Shown: positions 26,401 to 39,999, counted from the stretch's first letter. The stretch is 64,000 bases of DNA from Psammoneis japonica (GCA_008632985.1 QPGO01000204.1:1-64000); one strand, 5' to 3'. A program made the numbers and translations. Notes: generated by a model from the letters alone, not told the origin.

Positions 26401-26933
26401 AAGTAATTCGTGGCATGACGACCGTTCATAATGGTTCCATCACCTGGCCACCACCGGAGGATGTGACAAAGACCAGTGCCGCCCCCAAGCAAGCGAGTGA
26501 ACAGGCACCGGACCCTACAGCGGCCCAGGAAAAGGTCAAGAAGCCATCCATTTTCGCAAAGCGAGTTTGGGACCTGACGACCGTTGGGGAGCTTGCAGGC
26601 ATTGTGTTCTTCGCTGCTTTCTTTGGTATCGTGGCCGCCTATGCCCCCGTTTCCTTCGTTGCGCAGCTACTTTACTTTATTCTTGCCGGATTCCTTGGAA
26701 CTTATCTCATCTGGAGTGTCGAGCCGGCGTTGTTCTCACCCTTGATGAGTACCAGCAATAGTCTTTCTGGAGTTGTGATTTTGGGTGGTATCCTCATGGC
26801 CAGCACCCCGAAGGGCTCTGCGACAAATGTTTTAGGTCTTACGGCTATTGCCGTCGCTGCCATCAACGTGTTCGGTGGTTTTGCGGTGTCATATCGCATG
26901 CTTCTCATGTTCAAGAAGGAGAAACAAGATTAG
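23429..26933 (+). CDS. NNT: Proton-translocating NAD(P)+ transhydrogenase, single-chain beta-alpha fusion; exons ~23429-23791, 23879-24408, 24485-24770, 24852-26933
   Basis: Beta motifs ([59 protein letters not shown]) are followed by alpha motifs ([50 protein letters not shown]). Three GT-AG introns restore one frame. Confidence 0.95.
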
Positions 26934-27039
26934 ATGCATTTAAGTTTGGCTGTGTTAAGATAGAGTCCTATTTTCCCGAGCTACAAGCACACAAATGCGG
27001 TCGGTCCCTACTAATTTATGATCTTACATATCATCCAAA

Positions 27040-27215
27040 ATGTAGCTCTTCTCTCTTGAGGGAGAGAGAGAGTACAGTATGGTAGGCCTCTACTACTAGA
27101 GAGAGTAGCTACTACTGTATGTAGCTCTCTAGCTAGAGAGAGGGCCCTCTTTCTACTCTCTAGAGAGTAGAGCTGCGCTTCTACGCTACAGTAGAGAGTA
27201 GGCTAAGGTACCTGT
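27040..27215. repeat. Second TAG/CTA/AGAG-rich low-complexity tract
   Basis: Same word vocabulary as 1330-1620 (tactactagagagagtagctactactgtatgtagctctctagctagagag). Confidence 0.75.
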
Positions 27216-27604
27216 GACATGCATCGGCCACTCTCTTGTTCGTTCAACAGACGCGAGCTCTCGCTCTATCATATCACTTTGTAGTTTAGCGGAATAATTT
27301 TTATTTGAAGAGATGTATTACTTAGGATATATTCAACGGATGACATACGGACGTTTTCTACGACTGAACAGATTTTGGTGGGAACGAAAGTTTTGGTTTC
27401 GCACTCTTCCATAAAACCAGTGTCACATGATTGGCGATCTGTGAAAATCCGTCGCAAACTAGAATCGACAGCCATCATGCACACGAGCGTCCCATTCTCT
27501 CACTTTCGCCACTTCTGCTTACAAATTATTCAATCGCTGATTGACTTAGACGCAACTCCTTGCAACAAGTACCCTTCACAAGACTCTCCTCCCTTACAAC
27601 GACC

Positions 27605-28084
27605 ATGAAGTTCGATACCAAGAAAACGATGCCCATCAACGGCTCTCCTGGATGCCATAGAAATGAGAATCTGTTCATTCCGGCCTGTCGTGGCGGAGAC
27701 ACGACCTACGAGACCTCCAAGTACGATTCTCCTCTCGGGAGAGAGAAGCGCTACGATGCTCACGTGGTGTTCTCGCCAACCATGAAGAGCGCAAGGGTTC
27801 AGCAGTCCAACATGGCTGACACTAAGCATCGTCTGTTTTCCGTGTCGGAAAGCGACCTGGACGACCTTTGCCTCGGATTGAACAAGATGACCATCAAGCT
27901 GGAGAAAACGAAAAAGAATTCCCCGATGGAGCCTTCGGCGAAGAAGCCATCTAAGAAGTCCGCCGTTCCTGAGACGACAGCACACGACGATGAGTTGCTT
28001 GGTTCTATCACAAAGCAGGCCCGCCACCGTCGTACTGGAAAGCTTGTTCCGGTTCGCCGTAGCGCACGCATCTCCAGCGAGTAG
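27605..28084 (+). CDS. Hypothetical basic protein (~159 aa)
   Basis: Single-exon ORF from ATG 27605 with coding-like composition, ending in an RRSARI motif. No family recognised. Confidence 0.55.
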   Translation: MKFDTKKTMPINGSPGCHRNENLFIPACRGGDTTYETSKYDSPLGREKRYDAHVVFSPTMKSARVQQSNMADTKHRLFSVSESDLDDLCLGLNKMTIKLEKTKKNSPMEPSAKKPSKKSAVPETTAHDDELLGSITKQARHRRTGKLVPVRRSARISSE

Positions 28085-28316
28085 TTTGGCAGATCGGAAC
28101 TGTTTTGGTTTCGTTTGTTGCAAAATTGTACGGGCATTGATAATCACGATATTAGTTGATGTGATTATTACATCTCTATTACATCTTGTAGCTTGAATGT
28201 CATACTTTGCTTCTTCATGGTCCACTGAACTCCAAACAGTCATCGGCCGACGAACGATTCTCGAAACGACATGAAAACCGAGTCATGATCATCCACGCTG
28301 GAGATAATTTCGGTCT

Positions 28317-30856
28317 TTATCGTTTCCAGGGCGACGACTCGGGCTGTGATTTCTGTGTTGTCTTGGATTGCACTGGTCTCCCCCAAGCTCCCTTTGCTTC
28401 AAGTGGCCGCTTCGGAGAAGCACTGGTACCTGGAGGAGGGGGCGGGAAATCGCCGAGCGATGGCCATTGCTGTACGTCCCCGGGAGGCAATCGCTTCTTT
28501 TCACGACGTGGAGAAACCATCATGTGATGATCTCGCCAATCAGAACTACCAGAACGAACCAGCGGCTTTGCTTTCTCAGTCTGAAAAGAGGAAGACTGAT
28601 TGACTGCCTTCGATGCCCAAGAGTTAGGTGGTGGTTTGTAAGCAGCAGCTTGTGGTCTCAGACTGGATAATGCATCCTTAAATGCAGGTCGTTCTTTTGT
28701 CGTTACTGATGCACCAGCTTTCTCGGTGCCCATATTGGGCATTCGCTGACGTGATGACGATGGTTGCGGAGTAGGACGCTTTGGTTTCTGCCTGCCGACC
28801 TGCTCCCAACTTGATTGAGGTTTGGCTTTCGCGTTTGGTGCCGATCCATTGATGGGTGCCGAGCCTGTAGGTTGAGACTGCGACACGGGTGCCTTGACAT
28901 CATCCTTTGCTTTTTCAAGCGTTGAAGCACTTTCTTTCTGATTGGCTGCCTTCTCATTGTTCGTGGGATCTGGTTGTATTGGACAAGAAGTCTCCGGTTT
29001 TGTTTGAGAAGGAAGCTCCTGTTGCTTTTCTTCGGATTGGGGCGCCTTGGTGTTTTCCTCTTTATTCGGTGTATCGGGATTGGAGTTTGCAGCTTTTTTC
29101 TTCTTTCTCTTTCGTGGTGGTCGCTTCTTCTTTTCCGGCTCCGCAGGGGCTTGCTCGGTATTTGTGTCCAAGTCAAACTTGCTAGATGCGCAATCCGACT
29201 GGGACTCGCCATCTTCATCAATACTATTCCAGTACATGTCCATCTCGGCCGTCTGGTCTCGGCAAGAAGAAAAAAGGCAGTACTATCTTCAGCATAGATG
29301 GAATACAACAACATTCGAATAATTCGCAGAGACGCTTACCTTTCGTTCCGGCAGATCAAAGTCCTCTTGAATAAAAGAGAACCCTCGAAAGGCAGTAGAG
29401 TCAACTCGTCGAGGAACAAATTGTTCTTTATTCATTTCTGTGACCGATCGCGGCAACGGCATTTCCGTGAACCTGAAATTGATGATAGTGACAACAAGGG
29501 TTAGCAAGGCCATCAGATCGTATTATGCATCGCTCCAGAATAATACTACCACACAAGTGTGAACGACGTACTCATTGTGAAAGTGTCTCAAGTCTGTATC
29601 ATTATCCACATCCAATTTCATGGGCGGTTCAATCTGTTTGCGTTCAAGAGCATCCCAATCCAGCCCCTTGAAAAAGTCGCAGTTCTTGAGCCCAGCCACG
29701 CCTCCCACTTCAAACATTGTACTCTTTGCGGCCCCGAGTCGTGCAAGTGCGTTTCGATTGAGCAATCCTTTCAGTAGTTTACACGCTGCAGCAGAAGATC
29801 CGTCTGGCATACGGACACGTTCTTGCATAATTTTTCGAAACAAGTCCTTGGAGCCCTTCTTGGAAAGAAAGGGAGGCTTTCCTGAAAGCATTTCATAAGC
29901 AATGCATCCCAAGCTCCAAAAATCAGCGGCTCGTCCATATCCTTTGCGGGCCACCATTTCTGGAGCCATGTATTCCTGTGTTCCGCAAACCGTGCGTGCT
30001 CGAGAAGCATCATCGAGTTCATCAAAGCTGTCTCCCAAATCCTTTGCCAATCCGAAATCAGTCAAGCACGTGTGACCATCGCTACCCAACAGTATATTCT
30101 CTGATTGAGCACAAGCAATGAGACGGCATAGGCGTGAGAGGAGGTCAGCACTGCCGATACCTACTCATATACAACACAGCAACTCATGAAGTTACCTGGT
30201 TTCAAGTCACGATGAAGAATGCCCCGCGAATGTAAATGCTCCAGGGCCAGGGTAACTTCTGCCAAGTAAAAAGCAGCGGTTTTCTCTCTGAAGATCCCTT
30301 CTCGCCCCATTTTCAGGAACAGCTCCCCACCCGCTAAAAAGTCCATAATGATAAATAGTTTCTCTCGTGTTTGAAAAGAGCAATGCATTGTAACGACAAA
30401 GGGATGACGGACCTTTGTCAGAATGTCCCTCTCGGCTTGAACATTTTCCACATACGAGAGCTTTCTCTTTAGCAATCGTTTCGAGATGACCTTCATCGCC
30501 ATTACTTGCTTCGATTGTTTGTTTCGTACCTGTAGCACTTTTCCAAAGCTGCCCATACCAATCACCGTGAGTAATTCAAAGTCTTTGGGAGAAACAAACC
30601 GATTCTTTCGTTCGTCACTGTTGTTTGGTACTTCTTTTGACAGTGATGTTTCGTCTGCTAGTTCTGGTTCATCAGCTCCAGTATTCAAAGGCGTAGTCAA
30701 TGCTTCCTCAACAGTATCGTCCTTTTCGAAAGCTTCCTCCTTGACATCCTGAGGTAGAGACCGTGCCGAACCAAACAAGTCAAAATCGTCATCGTGCTTG
30801 TTGAAGGAGGCATCCAACGCATCTGCTGCATCCAAAGTCAAAGCAGCTGTTGACAT
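28317..30856 (-). CDS. AGC-family Ser/Thr kinase, p70 S6 kinase-like, with a long low-complexity C-terminal tail
   Basis: Motifs GMGSFGKV, AMKVI, HRDLKPEN (spliced), DFGLAK, TVCGTQEYMAPE, DFWSLG and the AGC hydrophobic motif FRGFSF. Introns at ~30195-30101, 29571-29473 and 29339-~29253. Confidence 0.9.
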
Positions 30857-31442
30857 AGTATCGGTTCAACAAGCTACTTCAGTGGAGATCGACGACTTTG
30901 GACTTTGACTTTGCTTCACCTTTCGACTCAATCCCGGTCTTTGTTCTGGCTTGCAATGATTTTATTCTTCAAGAAGTGTTGATGGATGCATGGATGGATT
31001 GGAATGTCGCTGCCTGGCTCCTGCCTCATCATGGCTGGCTGTCGTCGGTCGTCGAATGAATGACCGTACAAGTGTTTCAGGTTTAGGCGAAGAAGCTTTC
31101 ATGCTGAGTCACTACATGCATACGATATGTACGTATCTTCCTACATGCGTACACATCCGTATGTTCTCTCCGTGGGATGAAGCACGTGCCAACGCGCGCC
31201 AAAAATCTACGTAGCCAAGCGTAGGACAATACTAACGTTCTGTCAGTCATGCGTTGAAATCTGTCTACACAAGATCCCGTACAAGTGCACGTATGAAATC
31301 TTTCGCCTCTTCGCCACCAAGAAAAGCCTTTGGTGTCGCGCAGAGAAGCAGATTGAAGGTTCGACAACACATCACATCGGTGTTATTATTATAGATACCA
31401 TACTTGAGATAGCGAAACTCATCTCTATTTGTATTGTAAATC
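30857..31442. promoter_or_regulatory. Divergent (head-to-head) intergenic promoter region between the kinase and SHMT
   Basis: Inferred only from gene orientation and the ~590-bp spacing. Confidence 0.45.
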
Positions 31443-32951
31443 ATGGCGTCTTTCAAGGATCAGGTATGTGCCTTTGAGTTTGGGTGAAATCAGAAAGCAG
31501 GAGAACACACCAATCTCACGTCGGTCTGTTCTCGCCACATGTGTTAGGAATTCCGCGGACTCGTTCCTCTCGAGGAGCACGATCCCGAAATGTACGATTT
31601 GATTGAACAGGAGAAGTCTCGTCAATGGCGTTCACTCGAGCTGATTGCGTCCGAGAACTTTACGTCCAAGGCTGTTATGGATTGCTTGGGATCGGCTCTT
31701 ACCAACAAGTACGCAGAGGGTTTGCCTCGTGCTCGTTACTACGGTGGAAATGAGGTTGTCGATCTCGTGGAGGAACTCTGCCAAAAGCGTGCTCTCGAGG
31801 CATATGGTCTTGACGCAGAACAGTGGGGCGTCAATGTTCAGCCATACTCGGGCTCGCCAGCCAACTTTGCCGTCTACACGGGATTGTTGCGTCCTCATGA
31901 CCGCATCATGGGACTCGATTTGCCCAGCGGCGGACACTTGACGCACGGATTTTACACTTACTCCAAGAAAGAGGGTACTCGCAAGGCTGTTTCAGCCACG
32001 TCGGTCTATTTTGAATCACTCCCATACAAGGTCTCGAGTGAAACCGGATACATTGATTACGATGCCTTGGCGCGGGACGCTGCTCTCTTCAAGCCCGCCA
32101 TGATTATTGCGGGAGGATCGGCGTATCCCCGAGAGTATGACTATGCCAAATTCCGTGAGATTGCCGATACCAACGGCTCCCTTTTGATGATGGATATGGC
32201 TCACATTAGTGGTCTTGTCGCCACGGGCGAGGCCGCATCGCCCTTTGAGTTCTGTGACGTTGTCACCACCACCACGCACAAGTCATTGCGTGGACCACGT
32301 GCCGGAATGATCTTTTTCCGTAGAGACGATCGGGGCTTTGAAGGAAAGATTAATCAAGCCGTCTTTCCCGCTCTTCAGGGTGGTCCTCACGAACACCAAA
32401 TTGCCGGTGTTGCCACGCAACTCAAGGAAGTCATGACTCCCGAATTCAAGGTGTATGCTTCTCAAGTGCGCAAGAATGCCAGTGCACTAGCGGATAAGCT
32501 TACTTCCTTGGGCTACACCATGGCCAGCGGTGGAACCGAGAACCACTTGGTCTTATGGGATCTCAAGCCGCAGGGCATTACCGGATCGAAATTCGAAAAG
32601 ACATGTGACGCTGTCTGCATTACGCTCAACAAGAACTGCGTCCCCGGTGACCGGTCTGCCGTGACTCCGGGTGGAGTACGTATCGGTGCTCCAGCCTTGA
32701 CGACTCGGAAGATGGTCGAGGCGGACTTTGAACAAATTGCTGTCTTTCTTCACGAAGCTCTTCAAATCTCACTCAAGATCCAAGAGCAGAGCGGACCCAA
32801 GCTCAAGGACTTTGTGGCGTTGCTTGATGGAAATGACGAAATTGCGAGCCTTCGAGCCAAGGTCAACACGTTTGCTTCGGGCTTTCCCATGCCTGGTTTT
32901 GATCCCAAGGAAATGAAGTACCAAGACCCCAGCGGACCCCCGGGACATTAG
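31443..32951 (+). CDS. SHMT: Serine hydroxymethyltransferase, likely cytosolic; exons 31443-31463 and 31548-32951
   Basis: Motifs [31 protein letters not shown] and the PLP-lysine motif [12 protein letters not shown]. The short first exon MASFKDQ has no targeting peptide. Confidence 0.97.
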
Positions 32952-34716
32952 GGTGCGTCGAACAAACGAATCGTGTTTACACGCGCAATAGATAGTGTCT
33001 GATGGGTTATACAGAAGGTGCTTGCCCCAGCGATATTTTAAATTAAGTTCAGAGCGTAGTGTTATTGATGAGTCCTGTAGAATGCAATTCACGGTATGAG
33101 CTGGTCCATCTCATAGGTGCTGCTCTGCTCGTAGTACAGAAGAGGCTTTATTACAGCTCCTCGATTGACTCTAGCTACAGCATCGAGTCTGCTAATAGAA
33201 TCATGTAAAGCCGTCATTGCAGTTGGATACAAGCAGTGGTTACAAGGATTATTGCAGACAATACGGGTAGACGCGGCGCAAAAGACGTAATCTTTGAAGA
33301 TAATAACAATTCATCTATAGTTATTGTAGACGCCACGGAATGCTATCCCATATTCAATGCACTAGAGAGGAGCCGCTATCCTCCATGGCGCATAAAAAGA
33401 GCCACTCGGTGACTCCAATACTTACCTTAATATTTCCATTCTTCCACAGTCCATTCTCCGCATCCGAAATAAGTAAGGGTTTTGGTTCATTGACTACCGC
33501 GGGTCTCGAGCAAATACAGAGTCGTCGTTTTGCATTGAAGCACCAATCATGCCCGGTACACATTTTGTTCCGGAAAACATAAGTCGCGGGGCGGGACCCA
33601 CTGTTACTTGAACCTTGGTACTTCAACAAAGACTCACAACTGCCGCATCATTTCAAGTCGGGTGGTCGAACCGGGGTATAAAGGGTGTGTTTCTATGTTG
33701 ACAAAATGAAGATGAAAAGCAACGTCAGTAAAGACATCTCGAATGAAAAGAAAAATAGACACGAAAGTGACTTACGTTGGGGGTGCATTCGAATGTAACG
33801 TAACACAATGAGTGCACCCCATGGTATTTTGAATTGCACGACAAACTCGTGCAATATTGGCGAGTCTTTGATGCGCACAAAAGCTGTGTTGTACCATGAA
33901 ATGGAAACGAGAAATGCCCCCATGCACACTCAGTTTCCAACGATCCAACACAAGCCGTTAATGAGCCTAGAGCGGCGACTCATGATCCTCGCGGATCTAC
34001 GCACGACACGCCCAGCATTAGACGATAGAAAGACGCTGCCCGTTGCTCCACCGAGCCCAGGCGAGCGTCTCAAAGGGACAGGTTGGGTTTGTTTCTCCTC
34101 GTTTCTCGCGACAGCAACAACATCAACCGGATCATCACAGCGCCAATGGAGATTGAGACATGTATCAAAATATAGATCCGCTTTTGAAACAAAGGAGCAA
34201 GGAGGATTCAGGATGCTTCAATACGCTCTAATCCCAACATGTACAACAGTTGGGATGCCTTCCTCCACATTAAACATGTGCTTAACAATACTCACGAAAA
34301 ATCCCACCAATGCATGCACCCAAGAATCAATCGTCAAAGAAGATATGATCAGATTGTGATAGTATTCGCTTGCACGAAACTCCAACGGCCTCTAACGGGA
34401 GTGCAAGTATCGGCTTCCGCCGGAAGACCCATTAAGAATTCAAACAGCAGCCACCTTGATAGACTCACTTACTTATATCCATGCTCAAATTCAGCAAAGT
34501 CGGAATGATGAATTCAAAAAGTGTCAAGTTCACAGCATTCTCTTCTTCGTGAGCAACGGGTAGCAATCAAGGGTGTGACAGGTACCATATGGTATAGCAG
34601 ATATAAAAATACAGACCCCTCTGCTGCTAAACTCCGGAAGTCAGCAAAGAATGGTTGACGACAGCTCCAGAAGTACCATACCACATTCCCGTACCATAGG
34701 TAGACGCAAAAATGCT

Positions 34717-36273
34717 TCACCGGCTATGATGATAGTCATACAGCGATCGCACGATACAAATTGCTCTGAGAGAGTCCCCGCCTAGCATACAAAAGCTGGA
34801 CGTTGACATGAGAATGGTCTTCTCAAAGGGTTGGAGATTGAGGCAAGAGAATACACAGTGTTCGACGACAGCTCCAGAGAGTACCATACTCCCGTACCAT
34901 AGAGGCAAAGATGCTTCGCCGATTCGCTCTTCCATTGGTCTACAGTGTGTTAGCCTGGGGAGTTTTTGACGGTCTCTCTTACCTGTCGCGGAAAGAGGCA
35001 TGCGGGAAATAACGACGAAGCGGATGACGGAATACAACCTTTCTTGAGAAGGTCCTAGCATCGTGCCTGTAGCATTGCAAGTAACTGGCCCGCGCTACAC
35101 AGCACACCTTTCATTGTTTCGGCTTCGCTGTTGAAATTGATATCCATTTCTTTGCAACATTTTGGAGTCAGCACGCAAGAAGCAATAACCGTTTTGTTGC
35201 TTTCTCTTCCTCTGGGTCGATAGATTCCGCAGCGACGGAGTGGGAGCTTTCCGTGTCTACAACTGCAGCCTCGATTTCCCATCCTCGCCATCAATGCGTC
35301 TGATGATATGAAGAAAATGATTTTCAGCATCGATGTACCGGTATGTAGAGCCACCTGTTTTATAATAACACCGGTACTGTGGCTCTTGATTCGAAGGTAG
35401 TTGGCCCACACCGCCTGCTCTCTCGTGTTTCGAAAAGAACTTGAGTCCGCTTAACTCCGGTTGATTCAAATAGCCTCTGAACTCATCAACTTGCAAACCG
35501 GACAAGACAACCTCCCGTATGCCCCTGTGTTCATAAACCGACTCGGACTCTATTTCAAGCCAAGAGCCTTTATTGGGTTTCCGACAACCTGCCCCTTTCG
35601 GCTTCCAGCGAGAGCTGTGTTTTCGGTTTGAAATACTTCTCCGCACGTTTGATAGACGCATGCTTCAGTCACACCGCATAGCTAGGTTGCAAGCGGTCTA
35701 GCTATCTCGGGAAGCGCATGGATGGCTTGCCCTTTGCCCGTGCCCATTTCTGTACGATGCGTTTCGGAATTGGCTCTCTTCCGAGGTCAATCACTTGTAA
35801 ACAAGGCAGTTCATTTTGGTGACTCATGTTGCTGTTGCTGACCGTATGGAAACTCATCATGCTCAATAGAGTTGCAGTGCAAAGTAAAATCACCAGTGAA
35901 GCCAATACATGCCATAAGCTTTCCACCAAGCTTCTGCGGGGTGCAACTTCTCGTGCAGCATGCACAGCATGGCAAATGTCGCCAAGACATCACTGAAGCG
36001 TGGATCAAATGATTTTGAACTCGCCAGCAGGACTGTTGAGGCAGATGTAATGGCGTGAGCTTTGTTCTTGTCAGCCAAGTGGTTTCGAAGAACTTGAATG
36101 GAGCACACGCATCCTTTGGATTTGCCAGCAGTTCCCGAGGCACACACAGTGTGAGACATTCGCTCCAAAGCAGAAATCAAATCGACAAGGTTCTTTTGGT
36201 TTTTTGTTTCATTGACAATCATCAGGTTCATAAACTGGATCCCACGCGCACGTGCGACGGATGAGCGAGGCAC
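34717..36273 (-). pseudogene. NRPS-like adenylation + thiolation domain gene (AASDH/ACSF4-like), fragmented
   Basis: Degenerate A3 motif (CASGTAGKSKG, canonical YTSGTTGKPKG), SFD, LGREPIP (canonical LGGEP), GYLNQPELS, YKTG, MPLSATGKRDR and carrier motif LGGDSL, spread over several frames with stops. Confidence 0.8.
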
Positions 36274-36879
36274 GAACGAAAAGAGCGTGACAGATTGTGG
36301 AGCTCAAAGCCAATGCCAGACATGTCAAAACAACCGCAACACGAAAACCTGTTGTGGTTGATGGTGGAACAGGTGAGGACACATTTTCTGCTGGCTCCAG
36401 AACACACAGAGCTGGAATTGAAACCGAAAACTGAAGAGACTCAACTCATGTGCGATGATCGCCTCTCTTGCTGGAAGCAAAAATCTCATGGGCCATGAGG
36501 CACAGGAAGAATTCACAGAAACGCACCCACAAGCAATGCATGAGATTGCAACTTTGATTGGTGGCAAATCTGTTCTTCATTGGGTCCATCACTGCAAATG
36601 TGCTGCGAAATTGAAACAAGACAATTTCTCTCATTTGAAGAAGATGAAACAGAAGATGGGCTCAAGCCTGCACGCAAAACATGTGGCTTCGTGCGGCCAT
36701 TGTTTGGCACAGCTTTCCACAGTTTAGATTCATCCACAAACCAGGCACTCATGGGACCAACATTGTTTTGTCATTGTGCATGTGAACAAGTGCCAACGCT
36801 GCTGCCCCCCCCCCCCCCCCCCTTCAGAAGCTGCCCGACTGTGGCTGACCCAGCTCTTGTTGAAATTCTTCTGCACTTG

Positions 36880-38420
36880 GCTTGAAAGGTCTCTCCCACT
36901 GTCACAGCAGAGAGCAGAAGCGGAGCAGATTTTGGTGGAAATGTTGAGGTCCAGTCTGACGTGCTGCATTGATGTGCATCATCCTTCCATCAGAGAAACT
37001 GATGGCCTGACATGAATGGCTTGAGAGAGAGCTCCTCATTCTTCATGTTTGTTTGAAAGAGACAAAAAATCAAGGAACAAGGAGGCAATTTCAGAAGCAC
37101 TGCCACAAAACACAGTTCAATCTCATTCTCCTTTTTGTCAACTCCTTCTGTTGACAGAGATGCTTTGAGGTGATTGCTGGCCTCTCTTCCTGCCAAGTCC
37201 ATTCAGATCATCTGCCCACCCACCCTCTCAATTTGGTGCTGTTGGCCCTGTGGTGGAGGCACTGAGGATTCTAGATTCCTGCCCCAGCTTGAGTGGGTGG
37301 TGCTGCACCAACACCAGCAAACCAAGAAGTGCTGAATTGCTGCCAACACAACAGTTGATTGGCCTGAGAGAGTGCAAGGGGACGAGCTGCCAAAGTGGCA
37401 GCAGCCACTGTCACAGTGGAGTGTGGAAGTGGGAAGCATTTTGGCAGAAACCTTGAGGTCAAGTTTGCCTGACATGCTGCGCTGATGTCTGTCCTTCTGT
37501 CATGGAAACTGACATCCTGACATGATTTTTTTAGAGTGAGCTCCTCATTCTTTGTTTGCTTCAGAATCAAAAAATTTGCAACATCTAAAAATTTGCAACA
37601 GATTCTGAATCCCTGCACAGTTGCTGCATGGCAATTCATGACATGACCTTTGTTGCTCTCTAAGAAGATCATCTTTGCTGCACAGGCAACATCCTCTTTG
37701 GTGCAGCGCAAGGTGATGGAGCTTTTTTTACTTTGATTGAGAAAAGAGAGGCGGCGCAGGAGAAATGACGAGAAGTTGTTGTTTTCAAAGGAAATTGCCT
37801 TCTTGTGACAGCAACTCATGTTGACGCATCGCAAGATTTCAACAAAAATGACCTTTTTGGACAATTGCGCCACCTTTCCTCGCAACAAACAAAACATCAC
37901 ATGGCTCTTTGTGATCATGACAATCTGATTGGTTTGTTGTTTTGTGTTGCTTGCAAACCCTGTGGTTGTTGAAACAGCAGCATTTGCTCATTTGAGGCAA
38001 AAAATGAAGCACTCTGAGACCTTTCAGGTGCTTTTGTCATGAAAAAATTAAAGCTGTTTGTCTTCATAAATTGGTTGGCGAAACTTGCAAAACTTTGCAT
38101 TTCAGCAGTTTGAGGGGGGCAAAGAATCAAGAAGCAAGGAGGCAATTTCAGGAGCATTGTGCCATGGAACACAGTTTGGCACACATCTCATGTGTTGTGC
38201 AAATGTGCACACAGCAGGGCAATGGATGGCATTGCCTGCAAAAGTCTTGGACACCCACCACCCGTGCTCCCACTCATGATTCTGGATTCCTTTCCTGCCT
38301 TGAGTGGGTGGTGTGCCAACCCAGTGTAAAAGCACTCACTGCCAACACCACAGTTGACCAGCCTGAGAGAGCACAAGGGGATGAGCCACCAAAGTGGCAG
38401 AGCAGCCACACAACTCCGTG
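36880..38420. repeat. Diverged, interleaved duplicated blocks
   Basis: 37267-37410 resembles 38278-38410, 37065-37118 resembles 38120-38178, and 36880-37050 resembles 37400-37560. Copies differ by TG<->CA swaps (gagagTGcaagggg vs gagagCAcaagggg; gagcTGcc vs gagcCAcc). Confidence 0.7.
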
Positions 38421-38449
38421 TGAATGGGCAATTTCACAGGCATGACATT

Positions 38450-39422
38450 TTTGCATGAGACATCCCTTGGGTGACAACCATGCCAGATTTTGGAGCTTGC
38501 AATGTCATGTTGCAGCAATGCTCCATCAGAGGTTCCCACATTTGCCCCAGATGAAGATGGTGCATCTGCTCCAACCTGGGCAAGTGCCAAAGCTCCATCC
38601 CCAAGGCATTGGAAGCTGCTGTTGGAATGCAGCACTGGAGGACTTGTGCACCAAGAAGACATGGGCTTGTTTCTGATTGATGTTGTGGTTCAGCATGCCC
38701 TTTTTTGTGAGAGACTGTGAGAGTCAGTCTTTGGTGAGATTGTTGATCTTGTGTTGCAAGCTCTCTTGGAAAACTTGAAGCAGGATCAGATCACTGGTTC
38801 TTGCCTCATGCTCTGGAGCAAGTGCTCTTCTTTTGTTGCCCACATGTGCTGCTGCTCATTCTTCTTGAAATGTCTGACTGGAGCAATTGACTTATGATCT
38901 TTGACTGTCAAGGCATGTTGCCACTTCACTTGGCAGCAGCAAAGCCCATGCCCAATGCCCTGCAGGCTCTCCATCAAAACAAGCACTTGAGCAACATGGG
39001 CTCTGCCCAAATGAGTCAACCTTTCTTTTTGTTTGGGACAAAAGTGGTGGAAAGCAAAAGCAATGTGATTTGTTTGTTTTGCTGAGTGGTCATCCTGGGC
39101 AGGCATTGGCTCATCCAGCAACATCTGGTGGTTGGCTGGTGACACCACACTGGTGTGCCATTACATTGTGTCATCTGTGAGAAGCAGCAAAAGACAGCTG
39201 TGGAAGGTTGTTGCAGATTCAGTTGCTGCTCTTGATCCAAAGACAACAAGAGTGTTCCCACACTTGCTGGCTGTGGCAGCAGCTCCCAAAAAGCCTCTTT
39301 TGGGCATCAAGAGAATGTCAAACAGCAGACTGGATGCAATGTTTGAGTTGGCTCATGTTCATCCAGAGCTGCTTCAGCCAGGAATGCGCCCAAGCAATTT
39401 TCTCCCCAAACCAATGCAGTGA
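38450..39422 (+). pseudogene. Decayed ankyrin-repeat-like gene
   Basis: DCQGMLPLHLAAAK ankyrin motif, plus a C-terminal DPKTTRVFPHLLAVAA...LDAMFELAHVHPELL segment resembling diatom ankyrin-like proteins. Multiple stops and frameshifts. Confidence 0.5.
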
Positions 39423-39999
39423 CTGAGAAGTGTCTGAGAAGGCTGTGCTCTCATGCTTGTCATGCACGCAGAGAAAGCATGAGCCATGGAGCACTGCACA
39501 CATGTGCACATCACCTGCCATGTGGCAGATTGCAGCAACCTGAATTTTTTTCTGAATGAACAAAGGTGCTGGCAATGGGAAGGGGAAAATTCAGCATTGG
39601 AGCACAAGCTTCCAACCCATGTGAGTCATTTGCATTTTTATGTTCACCTGGGGGGTGGGGGGTGGGGTGGGGTGGGAAAATGACCTGGGTCATGACCAAA
39701 GTGTTTCCATGTGCTCATGCCACAACAGCCCCAAATTTCTGCACAATTTGAGCCAGCGCAACTCAACACTCTGTCCCAACCTTGTTTCTTGCCATTGTGT
39801 GCCTGCTTTCCATCAATGTTTGTCTTGAGGAAGAAGAGTCCATCACCACAGCAGGCAACAAACTCAAGCATGCTCCAACAACCTCTTCAAAAAAACTCAA
39901 GCATGCTCCAACAATCTCTTCAAAAGAGCTTGATGCCATGATGGGCCAGCTGCCAAGCACACCCCACCCCCAACAATGATGTTCATGCCCACTTTTAAG

